NCBI GenBank assembly: GCA_032718475.1
Contig: JAUCBJ010000026.1
Span: forward strand, 1-39,435
Direction: 5' to 3'
Length of the DNA: 39,435 nucleotides
Source of the DNA: Nemertoderma westbladi
Lineage: Eukaryota > Animalia > Xenacoelomorpha
Below, one piece after another: positions 34,289 to 39,435 of the stretch (positions within the stretch are counted from its first letter, which is position 1; every line of letters starts with the position of its first letter). A program made the position numbers and the translations under genes. The notes beneath the pieces are model-generated. The model worked only from the letters and a program-made list of their open reading frames with translations, had not been told where the DNA came from and did not search any database.

Positions 34289-36850
34289 ATGTCCCCGCTC
34301 TTGATCTCCACAGTTTTCATCGTTCTGGGTCGTTTCGTTGTGGCAGAACCATCCGATCCGCGGGGTAACCCTGCAACCCACCCAATACCCGTATTGGACT
34401 GGTTTGCGGAACACCCTGTCGCTACCGTTTCGAACTGCCGCGCCGAATCGACGGAGATGTGGTCGGCGAGTGGATTTAGCCTCTACTGCTCTCGTCGGGG
34501 AAGAAGATCTTGGGTCTCCTCTCCACGATCTAGAGGCCTAATCGGTAAACTCTGTCTACTGTCTCTGGCTGGGGATATTGAGACCAACCCAGGACCCAGC
34601 AGGACGCGGGCCCCGAAGATCAACTGTCCCGTCTGTCAACGAGGAACAAACTCTCGGAGTAAGATCGTCCAATGCGAGAGTTGTGACACATTTGTACATT
34701 TAAAATGTTACCGTAGGAAACGCAGTAATTTATTCTCCACCAGAAACAATCTTGAACCAAGTTTTCTCTGCAATAGCTGTATTTTTACCGAACTTCCCTT
34801 TCATGATACAATTTTAGAATCAGAAACCGACGATTCATTTCTCACATCGCCTCTGCAAACTCCAAGTGATGCTGAGAGTGAAACTTTTAATTTTTTTAAG
34901 AAAAAAGGTCTGCATTTTTTGCACTTAAACGCACGATCTCTGCTTCCAAAACTTTCCGAAATTCGTATTTTAATCAATAAATCGAACCCAGCAGTTTTAA
35001 CAATCTCTGAAACTTGGCTCGATGATAGTGTTTCTGATGGAGAAATTTATATTGATAATTACGTAGTTTTACGTAAGGATAGGGACAGACACGGTGGTGG
35101 TGTCTGTACTTACATTCGATGTGACTTAGCTTTTAATCGTAGGGAAGATTTAGAGACTTGTGACGAAGTTTTACTGGTGGAACTTTTACTTCCTAAAACT
35201 AAACCTATTTTAATCGGTACTTTATATCGGCCCCCTAAACAATCAGATTTTTTGCAAAATTTTGAAAATACAATTTTATGTAATCTTAGGTCAGACTGTG
35301 AAATATATTTCTTAGGTGATTTTAATATCTGTTACCATCACAAAGCATCCCCCATCTGTAAACAGTACCAAAGTATTTTAAATTTGTTTGGTTTAAAACA
35401 AATTATTCGAGATTCTACCAGAATTACCAGTAAAACTTCTACTTTACTAGATCACATCCTTTGTAATAATACCGATATTATTTCTCAATCTGGGGTTTTA
35501 CCTATAGGTCTAAGCGATCATTTTATAGTTTTTTGCACAAGAAAGACACAAAAATATTTTTTCGGGGATCATAAAACAGTAACAGTTAGGTCTATGAAAA
35601 ATTACAGCAAGGAACGCTTTTTAAGTTTGTTAGTTAATTCTGACTGGGAACCCTGTTTTAAGGCCGCTGACATTAACCTTGCGTACACTGTTTTTAAAGA
35701 TATATTTTTAAAGGCACTTAATACTGTAGCACCAATTAAAGAAATTAGTCTTAAACAACGCACTGAGCCCTGGATGACCTCGGGTATTCTTAGTAATATC
35801 AGAGAAAGAGATAACTATTTGTATAAATTTAGGAAATACCGTGTTTTAGCTGATTATAATAATTACTGCAAATATAGAAACCTTGTCCAACGGGAAATAA
35901 AAAAAGCTAAATCTGAATATTTGTACAACAAAATAAGTGAGAATAAAGATAATCCTAAAAGTCTATGGTCTACCCTAAAATCTTTAGGTTATAAAAACCT
36001 TAAATCTAAATCGAATATTGTTCTGCAAGATAACGGTGAGCTGATTCATGATCATACTCTAGTTAGTAATTTATTTAATAATTATTTTACTAATGTTGCC
36101 TCTAATTTAGTTAAGAAGTTACCGTTATCAAGTAATAAATATAGTATAGGGTCCGAAACTCTAAATAATTTTTATTTAGAAAAGTTACAAAATTCAGAAA
36201 AGTTATTTTTAAAACCCGTTTCTGAGGATTTCGTTTTTAAAAATCTACTTAGCCTATCAGCCTCAAAAAGTACCGGTCTAGATCTAATACCTGCCCGTTT
36301 TCTTAAGGATGGTGCTGAAGTACTTAAAGTGCCTATTACTTTTATTATTAATTACTCTATCGTAGATAATGTAGTACCAGACGAACTGAAATTAGCTAAG
36401 GTTGTTCCTCTGTATAAAAAGAATAGTAAAGTAGAACCCTGTAATTACAGACCTGTTAGTATCTTAAGTATTGTATCTAAAATTCTAGAACGTTCTGTTT
36501 TTCTACAGCTGGAGGCACATCTTAGTAGGCTAAATCTGATCTATGAACTTCAGTCCGGTTTTCGTAAATCATATTCTACAGACACCTGCCTTATTAACTT
36601 AACTGATACAATTAGATGTAATAACGCAAAGGGTTTATATACTGGTATGGTAATGTTGGACCTACAAAAGGCTTTCGATACTGTAGATCACGAAATTCTG
36701 CTTGGTAAGTTAGGCCTGATGGGTGTAGGTTCTATAGACTGGTTCAAGTCCTACCTGTCAGACAGAAGTCAAACTGTAGTCATTAGCAAATCGCAGTCTA
36801 CTGTACAAGAGATTACCTGTGGGGCGAGCCACGAAGTGAGAGAGCCTTAG
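34289..36850 (+). mobile_element. CR1/L2-group LINE ORF: hydrophobic leader, 2A motif, PHD finger, AP endonuclease, RT truncated at about 36820
   Basis: [14 protein letters not shown]; CPVC..CESC..HLKC..CNSC; HLNARSL, ISETWL, GGGV, YRPP, LGDFN, LDHI, SDH; [26 protein letters not shown]. The frame ends at EITCG, before the expected PQGS and YADD motifs. Confidence 0.93.
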
Positions 36851-37110
36851 CGTAGTGGTACCATTAATCAACCTGTGGGGCGAGCCACGAAGTGAGTGAG
36901 CCTTAGCGTAGTGGTACCATTAATCAACCTGTCGTTCTGTCGTTCTGTCGCGTTTTTTTTCAGTATTTTATTTTAAACGTTAATAACTCGGCCAATCCTT
37001 GATGAAATCTATCCAAACTTGGTACACATGTTGTTTAGCAAAAGTTTGAAAATTTTCGAAGTAGAATTTGCGTGGGGCCTTCGTGCAGCATCAGTGTAAC
37101 TGTTATTGCA
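36821..37110 (+). mobile_element. Helentron-associated (DINE-1/HINE-like) element with a duplicated 56-bp head
   Basis: 56-bp tandem duplication, (CTGTCGTT)n microsatellite and subterminal inverted pair CACGAAG/CTTCGTG. A related end occurs inverted near 32349-32375. Confidence 0.5.
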
Positions 37111-37517
37111 GTTATAATAAATTTATTTATCCAAATTTAAAATGCGTTAAATTATTATTACTGTAGGATAAATCAGCTGGTTTTCTGACAAATTTTGCAA
37201 TTCTGCATGTACCATGTGTACCGGTACTGTCAGGCTGTACTCAATCCCTGAATCGAGAATCCTGCTAGGGTGCATTTATAGTCAGATGCCGTCCGATCCG
37301 ATCCGATCCGATGCATTTCGGCAATTATTGTAGCTACAACTGTCAGACTGCAGACTGTACAAGCCTAGCTGCTTAGGCTAGGCCTACTTCTGTTTTGCCT
37401 AACACTGAACGCAGTCTGGTTGTATGACTATTGCTGTATTGGCCTATTGCATTAGGCTATTGTATATGGCATGGCAGTACTGCAGTATGCAGGTATGGCA
37501 GTACTGCAGTACACAGT

Positions 37518-38380
37518 ATGGGATCATTCGTAGCTCTGTAGCTGACTGTGGTGTTCAGAAGGAAATCGGACGCGCGTTGGATGTCCTGGAATGGAGTCTA
37601 CCGACCAACTTGCAGGGTGAGGCTGTCCCTCTGCAGCTCTGATCCTGGGCGGTGGAGACTGTGCTGATGGCGGCGGAAGCGGGAAGACCGGGGCATTCTG
37701 TATCCCGATACTACAGCTGGTCCATGAAACTCTACGGTACAAACTCCGAGATGGAAAACTCGATGGGAAATCGGGGGGAAGAACTAGGCCTACGAAATTT
37801 CAGTTGAACTCATTCGATAGAGCGATAGAGGTGACCAGTTGGCCATCTCCCCGGACGGTTGCTGTGTCATGCGCGTGGCCAGAGGAGTTGGCACGGTACC
37901 CGGACGACTAAAGGAATAGTCGGATCCGGTCGTTTCGTTACTATTCAGCTATTACGAGGCGACGGTAAAGGACGAGGTGCGAGGGCCCATGCCGGGTTGG
38001 TTGGAGCACCGGAAGCGCGACACTCGATATCGGGACTGATAAAAATAGTTTTGGCTTCGGAGGAAACGGTAAGAAGTGTTTCGGGCGGCATTTTGACGAC
38101 TATGGACAACCATATGGACTAGGCGACGTGATCGGTTATCGGATCGATCTGGATGTGGGCACAATTGGGTACCGGTACAGTAAAAACGGAAGTGATCTCG
38201 GGAAAGCTTTCGACAGTTCGAGATTCCCGCTAATTTACGCAAACTCCCGTTATTCCTGTATTCCCGCAGTCTGTGGTCTGTCGGTATCTTTAAAGAATGC
38301 TGAAATTATGTTTATTTTCGCCGAATTTATCCGTTTATCTGCGCATCTTCTTTCCGGGTACACCATTGTATCCCGGGCGC
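37518..38380 (+). pseudogene. DDX1: DDX1 pseudogene fragment (Q motif, Walker A, SPRY domain), intronless with multiple frameshifts
   Basis: Across frames: MGSF..DCGVQKEIGRALDVLEWSLPTNLQGEAVPLILGGGD..GSGKTGAFCIPILQLVHETL..WHGTRTTKG..YYE..CRVGWS..DIGTDKNSFGFGGNGKK..FDDYG..SKNGSDLGKAFEIP..LFPAVC..KNAE. A SPRY domain directly after motif I is characteristic of DDX1. Confidence 0.9.
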
Positions 38381-38382
38381 CG

Positions 38383-38560
38383 TTTTGTACCTACAATGTA
38401 CCAAGTTGTGTAACTTTTGTACCCATTGTACCAAGTTGTGTACCTTTTGTACTTATTATGTACCAAGTTGTGTACCTTTTACACCTACTATGTACCAAGT
38501 TGCGTACATTTTGTACCTATTATGTAACAGTTGTGTATGGTCTTGTACCTATTTATGTTT
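38383..38560. repeat. About 32-bp degenerate tandem repeat (TTTTGTACCTACTATGTACCAAGTTGTGTACC-like), about 5 copies
   Basis: Read directly. It starts where DDX1 similarity ends. Confidence 0.85.
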
Positions 38561-39435
38561 CCTAAAGTAAAGATGTGTAATCTGATTATTATTATGATTG
38601 CTACATAACATGGTATAGAGACTATCTTATCTTATAACCGTTATCAACAGTGTTGTAGTCATAATTTGCAACGTTTCATTGAAATAATCACTTGAAATAT
38701 TCGAATACATTCTACCCATAATAATTAATACTAATTATTGTAAAACTATTTTTCTATGCGGAAATCCAGACTGAAAGTCTCTCTCTTGATATCTGTTGTT
38801 CCTTTGCGTCAATATAATTAGAGTGTATTTAACAAATTTATTGTATCCGTTGAAATGTATTTGTAAACAATAATTTAGTTGTCATGATTTTTAAGTAAGA
38901 TTAGGTTAATTAAATAAAGCCTTTATAAAATTATTATTATTATCCTGGGGGAAACTTTACAGCTTTATCGAAACTCTATAGCTCCATGGTAAGTATAGCT
39001 CCACGAAACTCTATGGGGGGGGGGGGGGGGGGGGTAGTATACTCCAGGTATTAAACTAAACTGATCCTTTTCTTATATATGATGGACAGATTGTCGGATA
39101 GTCAGAAAGACCAAATTTAATATACTATCTAGTTAAGTTTTTGAATTTATTTTTTGAAATATACCAGAACATGACTAGCTATTTTATTTTTAAAAAATAA
39201 TGTTCTAGAACGAATATTTTTTGAAATATTTAAAAAATTATCAAACACTAATGTTTAGTAACTTTATTTTTTCATATCAATAAAAAGCTTGTCTTGCAAG
39301 GATTCCAAATACAACTAATTACCCAACTAATTAGTATAAACAATTTCGTGGGAGGGTTTACGACGTACCTCCAGTTCCCCCTCCCTCCTCCAAGCCAATT
39401 ACTAGCTTTACCTGTATCATGGACGTAGGGAGCAT

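Overview
Eukaryotic (metazoan-like), AT-rich, repeat-dense window. It holds one intact host gene, an intronless alsin/ALS2 homologue (25222-29850, minus strand), and a decayed, intronless 5' fragment of the RNA helicase DDX1 (about 37518-38380, plus strand) that the ORF track misses because of frameshifts. Retroelements: a full-length RTE-clade LINE with a 9-bp TSD (9292-15464) whose single ORF is split cleanly by a 3-kb non-coding insertion, a 5'-truncated Penelope-like element with a GIY-YIG domain, an inverted terminal copy and a candidate hammerhead ribozyme, and a CR1/L2-group ORF with a 2A ribosome-skipping motif, PHD finger, APE endonuclease and truncated RT. There are also several MITEs and Helentron-like remnants, and two large satellites (18-bp, about 5.6 kb; 25-bp made of two palindromes, about 5 kb). 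All long ORFs inside the satellites are artefacts. The most unusual signal is a recurrent insertion scar, a 5-bp duplication around CAG/CTG (sometimes CA/TG), plus TA-CCGG-TA and TA-GGCC-TA. An empty-site comparison between two TIRs and restoration of the DDX1 reading frame show these are true insertions. I infer they are excision footprints of unidentified DNA transposons, clustered near gene 5' ends. Coordinates and copy numbers were read by hand and may be off by a few bases.
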